A stretch of 64,000 bases of DNA from Pecten maximus (taxonomy: Eukaryota), in the NCBI RefSeq assembly GCF_902652985.1, contig NC_047020.1, positions 8,928,001 through 8,992,000 of the forward strand, written 5' to 3'. Shown here one piece after another: positions 1-15,700 of this stretch. A program made the position numbers and the translations under genes. Under the pieces are notes generated by a model that was not told the origin of the DNA, searched no databases, and saw only the letters and a program-made list of their open reading frames with translations. Numbering within the stretch: position 1 is the first letter of the stretch; each line of letters starts with the position of its first letter.

Positions 1-715
1 GTACGTATGTGACATTTCATTGGACGACAGTGGTTTTATTAGACAGATGCACGTATGTGACATTTCGATTGGACGACAGTGGTTCTTTATCAGACAGATG
101 TACGTATGTGACATTTCGATTGGACGACAGTGGTTCTTTATCAGACAGATGTACGTATGTGACATTTCGATTGGACGACAGTGGCTCTTTCTCAGACAGA
201 TGTACGTATGTGATATTTCGATTCATAAAGTGGTTCTTTATTAGACAGATGTACGTATGTGACATTTCGATTGGACGACAGTGGTTCTTTATTAGACAGA
301 TGTACGTATGTGACATTTCGATTGGACGACAGTGGTTCTTTATCAGACAGATGTACGTATGTTACATTTCGATTGGACGACAGTGGTTCTTTATCAGACA
401 GATGTACGTATGTGACATTTCGATTGGACGACAGTGGTTCTTTATCAGACAGATGTACGTATGTGACATTTCGATTGGACGACAGTGTTTCTTTGTCAGA
501 CAGATATACGTATGTGACATTTCGATTGGACGACAGTGGTTCTTTATCAGACAGATGTACGTATGTGACATTTCGATTGGACGACAGCGTTTCTTTATCA
601 GACAGATGTACGTATGTGACATTTCGATTGGACGACAGTGGTTCTTTATCAGACAGATGTACGTATGTGACATTTCGATTGGACGACAGTGGTTCTTTAT
701 CAGACAGATGTACGT
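1..715. repeat. 51-bp minisatellite (about 14 copies, runs off the window start)
   Basis: Unit gtacgtatgtgacatttcgattggacgacagtggttctttatcagacagat. Confidence 0.97.
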
Positions 716-3098
716 TTCTTTTTGAGTGAATGTCTTTCTGACATGAGACAGACACAGCGTTTAGCCCCGAGGTAATATGACAATATTTCTTGATTGAGTG
801 TTGCGCTAAGTCGTTTAACGACTGGTGTTTCCTTTGACACATATATTGCTAAAAGAAACATCTATCAAGGTCCGTACCGCACATTGTTTTGTTTTCACTG
901 TCATAATCGTAAAAGTCGTAATAAAGGAGACAACGGCGATTGTTTTCCATCAACTTATTATCATATCGTACCGATAACTAGCTATATATATACAGTGAGG
1001 ACCCCGCAATGTGTCTGTCTCTACACCCGAATTGACCAGAAGTTTCTAAACCCATAATGTGCATCAGCAATTTCAGAAAGTTTGGACTTCTGTATTGGGC
1101 CTTAGATAATGATTTTTGACAGTATATTTTGGGTTGTATTCTAAGTGACCTTGACCTTAAGCTTTTTTTAAACCCCTGTTGCACATCTCCACATCAGTGT
1201 AACACCAGATTTAAGTTTCAGTGAAAAACAGCAAGAACATCATTTAAGACGAGGGTCTGGATGGCGGTCAGACTGACAGATTACTGGCAAACCTGAAGTA
1301 CATACATGTATATATACTCTGCCATATCAAATACATTTTGACAGTAGAATACGGAGCCAATACTCGTGAACACTTGATTTATATCTAAAAGTGTGACCTT
1401 GACCTTTAAACTTCAAAGCTGTTAAGCAATTGCAAGCAAGCACTTGTATGAAGTATTGTATGAAGTATCAGTTTGACTGGCAAAAGCAAACTCAAATAAT
1501 TGCATGGAAACTGATTTTCTGTATTTAGCAAAAGTGACCCTGAACTTTGACACAGAAAAGCAATCCCATGCAAGCACTTTCAATAGGAAAGCACTGTATG
1601 AAGATTGAGCTCAATATCAGCCCAAGGAAACTCGAACTATAGTGCAGACTGACAAACAGACAAACAAATGGACAGACAGATGGACACAGTTATTGCTATT
1701 GGGCAGGTCGATTTTCAACATATTTCTCTGTGATATTCAAGGTAAAAAACATTTCACACATTTTTTGTTTACAAATTATAATTTATATATAGTTATATTA
1801 AAACGGACAATATTTTGTGTGTGCAACTATTGTACAACCTACATGTATGCTGCTATATGAGTTTAAAACTAAATGTTAGTATGCACGCAACCAGTAGTTC
1901 TCAAGAAATGTTCCTAAGACTTGTATTAAACTTATAGGAATATAATTAATTTTTCTTTGTTTTCATGGTAAATACTCAAATGTGATTGGTCGAAAAATTC
2001 TTTTCATTCTTCTATGAAAGAAATTCCGAGAATGGCGCGAAAAATGTGACGCCACAATACGACAATTGACGTAACCTATTGATTTGAGAAAAAGAATCCC
2101 ATTTAAAACCAGTAAAATTGTACATAAAACATGTTTTAAATTAGAAAATCATTTTCAAAAATTAATTATAAGCGTTGATGTCAATTTTTTTTTAGTTTCA
2201 TCGGGGTATGAAACAAATTTTGTTTGCAAACTTCTGTAAGAATCCGCTACGAAGACGCTAGTAAAGCAGTAGCCATTTAATATGGACTTTTTCTGTTAGA
2301 TTTACAAATAGTTTTAAGTTCCACGCATGAAAATATTTTATCAGCTGATCGGGCTATTTTGTTTTAATGAATTATTATTACCTCCTTAGAAATATGACAT
2401 AGCAACACTGAGAGACTGATGTATGTCCATTGGAGAACATTGAGCTTCACCAAATTTTGTTTTGTCGGTACTTACCAGAAAGTCCATTCAGATCAAAATC
2501 AATCATCATAAACATATAGTGACTGTACAACAGTTTGCCATGTTGTATGTTAAAGACGATGATAAGATGCCTCCGGTAGGTATAATGTAATGTATGGGGT
2601 AGAACCTTTGGATTTTGATAATGACTCAATTGTTCAGAGTTCATATCCGCACTGATGAATTCTGTCTCAAAATATTAATTACACAGTCTAAAAAGATCTC
2701 TTTGTGATATTTTTATATCTTGATACGATGTAGAAGATACAAAATGATTTTTTTTTTAAAATCCAATGTTGTAACTCTGTTGTATGCACCTGGACAACAA
2801 GATATTGGAAATGATAACCAGAAAAGTATAATTATAGGAGACGATATTGCAAGACAAGAAAGAAGTGCTAATAAACAATTTAATAACATCATAAATAAAT
2901 CACAGATTATTGAATTAATAGACATTACAAAAATAGAGAACAATTAACAAAACATTTCTTGTTCATAAGTTACTGAACCATGACAATACAATACCACGAT
3001 GCAATTTATATATATAAACAACACCAAAGCACAAGTGTAAGGGTCCTGTATCACAGTCGGTCATTTGTGGTATTCACATACATTAAACATTGATTGTC

Positions 3099-3591
3099 CA
3101 TTGTGTGGAAGGATGGAGCAATGTAACAGATACTAGTGGGTCATTGTGTGGAAGGATGGAGTAATGTAACAGATACTAGTAGGTCATTGTGTGGAAGGAT
3201 GGAGTAATGTAACAGATACTAGGAGGTCATTGTGTGGAAGGATGGAGTAATGTAACAGATACTAGTGGGTCCATTGTGTGGAAGGATGGAGTAATGTAAC
3301 AGATACTAGTAGGTCATTGTGTGGAAGGATGGAGTAATGTAACAGATACTAGGAGGTCATTGTGTGGAAGGATGGAGTAATGTAACAGATACTAGTGCGT
3401 CATTGTATGGAAGGATGGAGTAATGTAACAGATACTAGTAGGTCATTGTGTGGAAGGATGGAGTAATGTAACAGATACTAGTGGGTCATTGTATGGAAGG
3501 ATGGAGTAATGTAACAGATACTAGTAGGTCATTGTGTGGAAGGATGGAGTAATGTAACAGATACTAGTAGGTCATTGTGTGGAAGGATGGA
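3099..3591. repeat. 43-bp minisatellite just downstream of the stop codon of the 19-exon gene (probable 3' UTR)
   Basis: Unit cattgtgtggaaggatggagtaatgtaacagatactagtaggt, about 11 copies. Confidence 0.95.
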
Positions 3592-3727
3592 CTTCACAAC
3601 TGTCAGTAACAGGTAGTAGATCCTATTATCCAATTGGATGTTGGTTGGCCTTTCCTCTTTCCACCACATTGTTAATGAATTATCAAGGTTAGATTACTCG
3701 ACTGCCTTTTTTCTTTGTGACCAAGTG

Positions 3728-6700
3728 TCATCTGGTGGGAAGTTTGACACCAATGATTCCATCGTATCCATCCCTCATGTACACATACCAGCCCGGGAGA
3801 CCATACTCAGGGTTCTCTTTTTGTGTTTCTGTGTCGCCAGGCAGGTACAGGGGGCAGAATGACCGTGGTCCTGTACCAACACAGGGTAGAATCCCAAGGA
3901 GTTCCGAGTCCTTACTGAAGTAGGATACATGCTCCTTGTACTCCTTGGCCAGTTTATTCTGCTGTGTCCATGACAACAAGTATCCATCTATATTAAAAGT
4001 ACATAAAATGTGATAAATGAATGACTAATCTCCTTTGATAATACAAGTATCACTCATTGAATTCAGACAACTTCATCAGGAGCCCATTTATTCAGAGAAA
4101 AGGTAATCATTTCAGACAAGATTTGAATTTGAAAAGATCTCTCAGTTGTATTAAAGACAATATAAGGGAAGAAAAATGTTACACTGGACAAAAAAAAATT
4201 CACTTTACAACCCAGAAACGAATAAGTTTTGTTACAAAGGAAAAACTTTCAAGAAACTGATTTAAGAGTAAGGATGATTTGTGATCCCTGAGGCTCTCAT
4301 GTAATTAACACAACAAAGTTGTGTACAGTGACCAGCATTGATGAATACTTACTCTTCTCTCCTACAAAACAGTGTTCCACTGGAAAGCCTGAGATTGGCA
4401 GTACCTGTGTTACGACAACCTCTGGTGAGCTGGACAGAGGAAAGGTAAATTATATACAGGCCATCACATGACAAATATACAACTTTACACATATACGCAA
4501 AATGAATTGGAATATTTAAGTTAAAACAATACCAAAAACAATACAGGTTGTAGCAGATATAGTATTCCTATTTGTTTAGTTTTGCAAAAAGAAATATAAA
4601 CAATATGTAATTTTAATCATTTTTCTCTAAATAAAGTGTCTGTACTAACCTAGCTTCTTTTCAATTATTACTGGAAGTAAAATGACAAAGTTCAAAGTAA
4701 AACTGTCCGTAATCAATAACAAAACAACAGCACTGTGACTAATTCCTTCCTGACATTGATCAGAATTAGTGAAAAGAAAAATAAACAATGCAATCTGTCC
4801 ATTTTCTACCACCTCTGGTCAAACTACACAGGATGTCATAAACTGAACAAAGGGCCATTACTCTGTACGGAAAGGCCTGTCACCTGATTTCAGGTATGGC
4901 ACCTCTTGTGATACCAAATAAAATATTTGACAATTGTAGGTGACATAATACATTTGTATATAAGATATTCTCTGTACAATAATATGGAGAGAATCCAAAC
5001 CTATCACCCCTCTAGAAGGAACAGTTTACTTCAATATATAGTTTATATCCTACAGGTACCCAAATATTGAATAGGACATCCTAATTACCTAGAACCATCC
5101 TCTTGAATCTGTAAGGTCACTAGATTCATATCCATTCCAAGGATGGCCTCTCGGTAGCAGTGGTCAAGTCCTGTCCTGGAATGGTTAGAAAGAACCTTGA
5201 CCACTGTAAACTTTGCCTTGATTTCCAGGCCATTGTCAGTGATCTGTATTCCTTTCCTGTGATACACATAAGATATATATTATTAAATCAAATATGTTCA
5301 TTCATGATGTAATTGTTTTTGTATATGCATCTGTCAAAAATCCATGAAATGATCATTTAGGAACTTTCTGAGAAATAGCAACAGCCATCTCAAACTGTCA
5401 AAATTCAAAATGGCTGCCTGGCAACCCTCTTGTTTTCCAATCTTCTCAATATAAATCATGCACAACTTGGGACCAAGGGGAACATACATGTAAAATTTGA
5501 GAAATACCCATCAATAACACTGTGAAATAGCAATAACAAACTGCAAATGTCAAATTTTGAGTTCAAAATGGCCACTTGTTCGCTATCTTGTTTGCTGCTC
5601 AGTCTCAAAATAGAACATGTACAGCTAGGAACCTAGGATAGATATGAAATCTGAGATAGACCCATAGAGAACTTTCTGAGAAATAATGGTGGATTAGGAC
5701 AGATGCAAGAATGAGAACAATTCAATAGCCCACCATCTGAAGATGGTGCTACTTATAACAAAGTCAACTCACACATCACAGCCAGATGGTGTACCACTTA
5801 TAACAAAGTCAACTCACATATCACAGCCAGATGGTGTGTTACTTATAACAAAGTCAACTCACATATCACAGCCAGATCTGATGACCACAGTCTCCAGAGA
5901 TGGTACATTCACAAATCTGAAGTACCCTGTTTCTTTCAACATCACCATGACAACCGAGCAATCCAGAGGGGTAATCGTTTGGACATCGGGAAGTGTGTCA
6001 CCAGCCTCCTTGATGCTTCTATCATGCCAACACCACAACCTGGATTAGTAACAAAAATGGCTGGTGTGACCTTTAGCTTATCATCTTTGATTTTCTGCCT
6101 CAAAAATCAAATCTTCAATGCTCTATAATCAATGATCTAGAGTTTTAAATGGGTTTCCATGGAGAGCAGTGATAGGTTTTACTAAACTTGAGGCAGTTAT
6201 AGTGACACAAATATATATCACTCACATGTTATTTAATGGCACAGGAAAATATATATAGATCAGAAAAGGTTTTTTGGTTCACAGTTGAACCAATACCTCT
6301 ACTCCTACTGGGGTAAAAATCAACATTACCATTATAACTCTTGGTATTGTAGTTCTTTGAAGCTTTGAAATATATTTTTTTCTTTTATTTAATATGAACA
6401 TTGGACAAGGTCAGTTAAAAATCATTTAAGATTCCAACACACTAAATACCAATGTAATAGACCTGAACAAAACTTGTAACCCTTCATCCCTGTACACTGC
6501 CCGCCAAGACATAAGTGTTTAAATTTTGGTAATTTTGTTCACCTCGGAGTACAGAAACATGACTGATAATTTGTCTGATCCACTTAAAGGTTTACATGTG
6601 AGTGTATTAACATACCTCTTCTGGTTTGTTACCCTCAACAGACTAGAACCTATTATGTAAGGGAGGTTGTCCTCTTTATTACAGTTAATCTTCTGTATAA

Positions 6701-9700
6701 GCCTGCCTCTCTCTCCATATACCATCAGACAGGTCCTGTAACAGAAAACATCATTAATGTCAGTAGAAATCATTAAAATACCACTTAAAATATAGTAAAT
6801 CTTCAGCCATTAAATTCCTTGCAATCATAAAAGCATTTAAAAGTGTCTAATGTCCATTAATATGTTGATTATTTAAATGCACGTGGAATTACTCTTTCAC
6901 AAAACAACACTACAAACTTTGATCTACCAGACTTGTAAACCACCCTTGTTTTCGCTATGTTGTGGTATATGTGATAAGCTTGACAACTGATGGGGGCCAA
7001 GAATGTAGGTGTCGCTCAGAATCTTCTCCTCAGTCACCCAGAGGTGGTGACTATAACAAAGGTAGGTATTACTATTGTTGTCTTGGTAACTTTAAATATC
7101 TACTTGTTGTGGCGTACCTGGAAAATGAAACACTGTTAGTGGGTCCAACCCACACATCCTTGCAGATTAGGACACCCACACATCCTTGCAGATTATAACA
7201 CCCACACATCCTTGCAGATTAGGACACCCACACATCCTTGCAGATTAGGACACCCACACATCCTTGCAGATTATAACACCCACACATCCTTGCAGATTAG
7301 GACACCCACACATCCTTGCAGATTATAACACCCACACATCCTTGCAGATTAGGACACCCACACATCCTTGCAGATTAGGACACCCACACATCCTTGCAGA
7401 TTAGGACACCCACACATCCTTGCAGATTAGGACACCCACACATCCTTGCAGATTAGGACACCCACACATCCTTGCAGATTAGGACACCCACACATCCTTG
7501 CAGATTAGGACACCCACACATCCTTGCAGATTATAATGTCCACACATCCCTGCAGATTAGGACACCCACACATCCTTGCAGATTAGGACACCCACACATC
7601 CTTGCAGATTATAATGTCCACACATCCTTGCAGATTATAACACCCACACATCCTTGCAGATTAGGACACCCACACAATCCCTGCAGATTAGGACACCCAC
7701 ACATCCTTGCAGATTAGGACACCCACACATCCTTGCAGATTAGGACACCCACACATCCTTGCAGATTAAGACACCCACACAATCCCTGCAGATTAGGACA
7801 CCCACACATCCTTGCAGATTAGGACACCCACACATCCTTGCAGATTAGGACACCCACACATCCTTGCAGATTAGGACACCCACACATCCTTGCAGATTAG
7901 GACACCCACACATCCTTGCAGATTAGGACACCCACACATCCTTGCAGATTATAATGTCCACACAAACCTTGCAGATTAGGACAATTCTCAGGATTCTACC
8001 CTACCTGACAATCGATCTAGGTAACCTGGTATTTACCTTGTTTACAGTGGTAAGACATAGGTACTTACCTGTCAGACATTGGGTAGTAAAATATTCTGCC
8101 TCCCACCACCTTGTGGTCATGGTCTCTACAGTTTGGAATTTCTCCAAAATGTTTCAGTAAATGTGGCTCAAACTTGATAGTTGGGTGTAGGAAGCCCCGT
8201 CTGCTGCTACAGTCAACAAACTGGAATGTAGAAACAAGAACTGCACGTCACAGACATTAACAGAGATCTGTGAATTTTGAACTAATTTTATTAGAGGGAT
8301 AGAAATGACACCCCCGTATAATCTTGACTCGGTGAAGGTTGTAAAGGTAATAATGGTATGTTCAGGTTGGCATGTAGGTCCACACATATACTATAACCAA
8401 TTCTCAGGCCCCAATCACTAATACCACCACATAAAACTGTAAGCTGGATAACTACATAATGTTTTTGAAACATTTTTACTCCTGCCTCGATTGATTATCA
8501 AAATCTTCAGCTTCAGGAGTTTAAATTCCTCCCGTAAGTCATTGAAAAATGAAATTTATTAGCTAAAATTTGTTGAAATACTTTTCTATGTCTTTGATAT
8601 TCATTGGGTAATACAGATATCTGATATTCATTTGTTGGTTTTACTTACAACAGATATACACTCGTTGTTGAACTGAAAAGTGAATGCCAGTGTCTCCCCA
8701 TAGGAGACGTAGTCATTGTCCCACAACAAACTGGCACTCTTGTTAGTGTTCATGTCCAAAAGCTGCTTGCTATTCCATTGACTCTTAGGACACTTTTCTC
8801 TCTCAGTATTATAGGCAGACACAGCAGCTACTATGTCCTGTCAACAGATCAGGACTACAACTTACATCAAAAGTCAAGAGAAGACAACGGTGTCAAATAT
8901 CAACATCAAAACCAAGCGGAGACAACATAATCAATCAAATGTCTGCATATATGTCAAGGGGAGACAATAAAATAAATTATATGTCAAAGCAATAGTTGAA
9001 GGACAGGCAAAATCCTCAATCAAATATCAGTATATAAACCGAAGAGAGAAAATATGTCCTGAATAAAATATCAATATATAAACCAAGGGGAAACAACATC
9101 CTCAATCAAATATCAATATATAAACCAAGGGGAGACAACATCCTCAATCAAATATCAATATGTAAACCAAGGGGAGACAACATCCTCAATCAAATATCAA
9201 TATATAAACAAAGGGGAGACAACATCCTCAATCAAATATCAATATATAAACCAAGGGGAGACAACATCCTCAATCAAGTATCAATATATAAACCAAGGGG
9301 AGACAACATCCTCAATCAAGTATCAATATATAAACCAAGGGGAGACAACATCCTCAATCAAATATCAATATATAAACAAAGGGGAGACAACATCCTCAAT
9401 CAAATATCAATATATAAACCAAGGGGAGACAACATCCTCAATCAAGTATCAATATATAAACCAAGGGGAGACAACATCCTCAATCAAGTATCAATATATA
9501 AACCAAGGGGAGACAACATCCTCAATCAAATATCAATATATAAACCAAGGGGAGACAACATCCTTAATCAATATCAATATATAAACCAAGGGGAGACAAC
9601 ATCCTCAATCAAGTACCAATATATAAACCAAGGAGAGACAACATCCTCAATCAAGTATCAATATATAAACCAAGGGGAGACAACATCCTCAATCAAGTAT

Positions 9701-12700
9701 CAATATATAAACCAAGGGGAGACAACATCCTCAATCAAATATCAGTATATAAACCAAGGAGAAACAACATCCTCAATCAAATATCAATATATAAACCAAG
9801 GAGAGACAACATCCTCAATCAAATATCAATATATAAACCAAGGGGAGACAACATCCTCAATCAAGTATCAATATATAAACCAAGGAGAGACAACATCCTC
9901 AATCAAATATCAATATATAAACCAAGGGGAGACAACATCCTCAATCAAGTACCAATATATAAACCAAGGGGAGACAACATCCTCAATCAAATATCAATAT
10001 ATAAACCAAGGGGAGACAACATCCTCAATCAAATATCAATATGTAAACCAAGGGGAGACACCATCCTCAATCAAATATCAACACAAATGTAAAGAGAGAC
10101 AACATCCTCATTCAAATGTAAACATAAAAGTCAAGGAGAGAAACATGAGATTTCATTTCACATCAGTTAGTGAGCTTACAAAAATCAAAATATTGCCTTG
10201 ATATTAGGAGACTACATCTCAATAAGGCCAAGGGGAGGACTGAAGGTTAGTCAAAATGAAATAAACTAAAATTATCATATGTTCTCATTGCCAGTAGAAT
10301 TTTTCATCATTTAATTTTGGATGTAATGTTTCTGTACAGAAATTTCATTTGAATTTTTGATGTTGTTGTTATACTTACATCATAATTGATTAAAGATTTT
10401 GTGTCGTAATGGTGTTTCAACAGTCTAAAACAATCTTTCTGCCATTTCTCAGAGTTCTTCCTTAAAATAGGTTCATTCCGAATTCTCTTTTTCACTTTCT
10501 GTCAATAATACAATAAATCAATTCTTTAGTACAATAAAATTCATACACCACAAACCTGTAGTTTTTATTGGCATACAAAGCATATCCCATCCAGATAACA
10601 TAACAAATTTTCTATTTATAGTAAGTGACCTTGACCTTTGACCTTCAAACCTGAAAAGCAATCCCAAGCAAAAAGTTTTGATAAGGAAACACTATACAAA
10701 GTTTGAGTTTGATTGGCCTAAGGGAACTCAAGTTATTGCATGGAAACCAATTTTCCATTAATAGAAACAGTGACCTTGACCTTTGACCTTTGAACATGAA
10801 AGCAATCTCAAGCAAGCACTTTTGTAAGGAAGCACTGTATGAAGTTTGAGGTTGATTGGCCCAAGAGAACTCAAAGCTATCGCACAGAAACCACTGTGCG
10901 GACGACGCCGACGCTGCCACCGCTGCCAATGCCGACATAGTGATACCTATATGTCACCTTTTTCAGGCGACACAAAAAGGGAGAAAATTCAGTACAGTCA
11001 AGGGGAGGCAACACTGTTCACTGCTCATGGCCATCAAAAATATTGATAAAAAATAAAATGTCCGATTGATTCATGTACATGAAAGAGATACATTTATGTA
11101 TATGTACATAATTATTCAATTGTTATATTAGCCATAGGAAATCTAGTGCGAGATATCTAAAATTGATTTTAAAAAATGCTTAAAATACATTATTTTGAAT
11201 CCCACTGGCTACACCTTGTTGTGGCTAATATGCAGAAAATCATTGTATTATATTCCTTATTAATAATAATCTATACACATTCATCACAATATATTCTTTG
11301 AAAAGAAAACTAATAGATGACATTCCAAGCAATGACATTCACAAACGAACATCACCTGGTAAAATAAAGAATGATATAACAGTATCAACAATCGACTATA
11401 TATAACTGTTACCTCAAACAGTATCAGACGAAGGATATTCACAACATTTAGGGTAGCACTTTGACCTTTTCCGTCAGACCAGAAGAGGGTGATACAAGTT
11501 TCTCTTTGTATCTCTACATTTGATCGGAATTCACACTGCCGTTTTAAAGGAGAAGGAACCAACATAAGGACTGTGGTCCCGTCAGCATGATGGAACACCT
11601 TCAGAGGACATGGTATACAGCCATTATCTGGTAAACAGAAAATAAACATTCAGATCCCTGCAACCTTAAAAAGTGGCCAAGATCAAATTTACACACATAA
11701 CAGTCAGTCTTGATGCTGACTTACCACTGTGAGAGTAGAAATCCCCTTCATTGTCATAGAACTTGTCCAATGAAGTCCAAGTCTCGGTCCTACCTGGGGT
11801 CTGAGGGAAACACAGTCTTCTGTAAATAAATATACAGTTCTAAAGATTTTTCTTTACAAATGATTTGGAGTAAAAATAAAAAATATACCTTTCTGAGAAG
11901 ATGAACAATAAATTTGTCGAGGATTGTAAAAGTCCTGGTTAGCAAAGGACAGGAGAAATGAAACTTCTCACAACAGAGGCTAGTTTTTATAAACAAAAAC
12001 TGGTTCTACCTGGGAATAAAAGATCACAGCCTTTTTTTGTGTGTTTATTTAAGCATTTGTTGTTAGGACCTTACCCTGTATAGGGATCCAAGTTGATACT
12101 TCTCATTGGTGGCAGCATCATTTTTAGGTTTCCTGTTAAATAACCCTGGGAATTCAGTCGAAGGTCAAGATAATCACAGCACAAGTCAGCCTCCGCAAGA
12201 GAGAAGTAGAGGCTAAAAATTGAGAATGAAATACTGACTTACCTAAAATTCAAAAGTTTGCTTCTTGAATTGGGTGGCTTAACACTACATAGGTGAGAAC
12301 TACTAACAGTATACTGATCTCATTCCAAATAGAACAAGAGGCCCAGAGGGCCTGTATCGCTCACCTGGTTTCATGAGATATGAAACAAGAATGATGCTTA
12401 AGTATATTTGTCGCTGGTATTGCTATGTCAATATATATCAAAAGCATTTTATATGGGTACATGTACATTGGTTTTATTTTAATACTAAAAATGCCAAAAA
12501 GTGCATTAATCCATGAAATGAAATTGACTATTGGCGCGACCCCATAGGGATGCTACCACACAAATGTGAGTGATATCCATTGCTTAGTTTCAGAGAAGAT
12601 CTTGTTTAGACTAATTGACCCCTTTTGACCCTGCCCTCTGCCCCCTGGGGGGTCAGCTCCTTCCTTCATACAATTTTGAATCCCTACCCCAATAGGATGC

Positions 12701-15700
12701 TACCAGTCAAACCATTGCTTAGTTTCAGAGAATAAGTTGTTTAAATCAATTTAGCCAAATTGACCCCTTTTGGCCCCGCCCCTCAAGCCCCTGAGAGGTA
12801 AGCCCCATCATTTGTACAATTTTGAGTCCCCACCCCATAGTGATGCTACCAGGCAAATATGAGTGATAGCCATTGCTTGGTTTCAGAGAAGAAGTCGTTT
12901 ACATCAATAGCGCCAAAATGACCCCTTTTGGCCCCGCCCCAGAGGCCCCCAGGGGGTCAGCCCAATCATTTGTACAATTTTGAGTCCCCTTCTCATAGGG
13001 ATGCTTCTGACCAAATTTGTTCAAATTCCGATCAGCGGTTATGAAGAAGAAGTCAAATAAGTCAATTGTTGACGGACGGACGACGGACGCCACGGTATGG
13101 CATAAGCTCACCTTGGTCCTTCGGACCAGGTGAGCTAAAAATTACTTCTTTCAGGAACTTAGAGTGGATTTCAAATATGTCTTTAAAGAATCTAGACCTA
13201 TACATTACACAGTAAACTATATGTTTATATCATTTTTATCATGACGCCAGACTACAGCAATCTATCAAATATAACACTTTATCATATTTTAAGTTAAAAC
13301 ACACCTAAAATGTTGTGTGACACAAAACAACCAGATCTGGATTAAGTCCCCTGTTTTTATAAGGTGGGATCACAGACTCTGAGGGGCCTGTAGATGGGAC
13401 TATCATATGACATACAGAGATTTGAATAAATCCTCTATTATTACCTGGAAGGGTCACAGATTCTGAGGGGCTGTAGATGGGACCTCCACAGGACATATAG
13501 AGAATGGAGAAAGTCCCCTGTTATTACCTGGAGGGGTCACAGACTCTGAGGGGCTGTAGATGGGACCTCCACAGGACATTTATAGAATGGAGAAAGTCCC
13601 CTGTTATTACCTGGAGGGGTCACAGACTCTGAGGGGGTGTAGATGGGACCTCCACAGGATATATAGAGATTTGAGTAAATCCTCTATTATTACCTGGAGG
13701 GGTCACAGATTCTGAGGGGCGGTAGATGGGACCTCCACAGGATATATAGAGATTTGAGTAAATCCTCTATTATTACCTGGAGGGGTCACAGATTCTGAGG
13801 GGCGGTAGATGGGACCTCCACAGAACATGTAGTGGTTGGGGCAGTCCAGACTTGGTAACCATGTCTACGAGGGTATGCCAGATATTTCGTCTCTGTTGAC
13901 GTCTGCCTGAAGAACTATGTACATCAGAAATCATCCTCAGGCCTGGGGCATCTTCATCTCTAAATTTAACTCCCCTGTAACACATCATCCATTGCTTCAT
14001 TTAATATGAAAAGTATTAATTTGATTATCATAAAACATTATTATAAAATCAAAGATATATTCTAAAGCAGACTAACACCTTGTATTAGCTGGTGAATACC
14101 CCACCTAAAAGGATAAGGAAGGCCCTAACACATGCCATACAGACCAATACAGTTATCAAGTATAGCGATATAGTTATCAAGTATAGCGATATAGTTACCA
14201 AGTGTAGCGATATAGTTATCAAGTATAGCGATATAGTTATCAAGTATAGTGATATAGTTATCAAGTATAGCGATATAGTGATCAAGTATAGGGATATAAG
14301 TATAGCGATATAGTGATCAAGTATAGGGATATAAGTATAGCGATATAGTGATCAAGTATAGGGATATAGTTACCAAGTGTAGCGATATAGTTATCAAGTA
14401 TAGCGATATAGTTATCAAGTATAGTGATATAGTTATCAAGTATAGGGATATAGTTATCAAGTATAGCGATACAGTTATCAAGTATAGTGATATAGTTACC
14501 AAGTATAGCGATATAGTTATCAAGTACAGCGATATAGTTATCAAGTATAGGGATATGGTTATCAAGTATAGTGATATAGTTATCAAGTATAGCGATACAG
14601 TTACCAAGTACAGCGATATAGTTACCAAGTATAGCGAAATAGTTATCAAGTATAGCGATATAGTTACCAAGTATAGCGATACAGTTACCAAGTATAGCGA
14701 TATAGTTACCAAGTATAGCGAAATAGTTATCAAGTATAGCGATATAGTTATCAAGTATAGCGATACAGTTACCAAGTATAGCGATATAGTTACCAAGTAT
14801 AGCGATATAGTTATCAAGTATAGCGATATAGTTATCAAGTATAGTGATATAGTTATCAAGTACAGCGATATAGTTATCAAGTATAGCGATATAGTTATCA
14901 AGTATAGTGATATAGTTATCATGCATAGCGATATAGTTATCAAGTATAGCGATATAGTTATCAAGTATAGCGATATAGTTATCAAGTATAGTGATATAGT
15001 TATCATGCATAGTGATATAGTTATCAAGTACAGCGATAAAGTTATCATGCATAGCAATATAGTTATCAAGTATAGTGATATAGTTATCAAGTATAGCAAT
15101 ATAGTTATCAAGTATAGCGATAAAGTTATCAAGTATAGCGATATAGTTATCAAGTATAGCGATATAGTTATCAAGTATAGCGATATAGTTATCAAGTATC
15201 TGTTAATACAAACAAGCTGCTGTAGCTATATCAGAGGTCTGGTGTACCTTTGTAGGTACTCCCTGTAGGTGGCGTCGGCATCAGATCCCTGGCCAGACAA
15301 AGCATGCAGCATGCTGATATAGTACAAGTATTGTGGGCACACATCTAACATCTCCTGTAGTCGCCATTTTACCTCCTCAAAACTGGAAATTTCCTGTGTC
15401 TGAAAATGTAATGTAATGTGAAATCAGTTAAAAATACATTAATTTTACCTCTTTAAGACAATTTCTCCATATTGTAAGTATATACATATATATATGGTAT
15501 GTACCTGGTATATGATGTTATCATAAAGTCCTCCTTGCAATAAATTCATCCTTGTTTCCATGCAAGGCAAACACTGAACATTAAAATGATGTCAGCTGGT
15601 TCAAGGTGTAACCCTATCAATAGGTCTAACTGTAAGTTTAGATTTAGCAAAATCATCTGAATCAGTCAGTTTAGAAGACCATACATCATATAATGTATAG

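Noticed and set aside
9-842. Several 100-240-aa ORFs on both strands
   Set aside because: Translations of a 51-bp (3n) tandem repeat that is open in multiple frames; no non-repetitive coding context.
1935-2255. CpG-richer island with tgattgg and tgacg motifs resembling a promoter
   Set aside because: No adjacent gene start; more likely an interspersed-repeat fragment that I cannot classify without a database search.
3560-3600. Repeat seeming to duplicate a stop codon (…CCTTCCACACAATGA on the minus strand)
   Set aside because: The spliced CDS already ends at TGA 3730-3728, so this array is downstream non-coding sequence.
7075-7117. Strong acceptor TTTTCCAG at 7118
   Set aside because: The required frame hits TAG after 14 codons; the acceptor at 7051 keeps the frame open.
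12243-12287. Small candidate exon with a strong GTAAGT donor
   Set aside because: It would leave only about 30 nt of intron before the acceptor at 12213, and the gene is in phase without it.
14085-15268. Heptad-repeat ORFs (IVIKYSD / ITISLYL / ILDNYIA) resembling coiled-coil or LRR proteins
   Set aside because: 21-bp intronic minisatellite, open in several frames on both strands.
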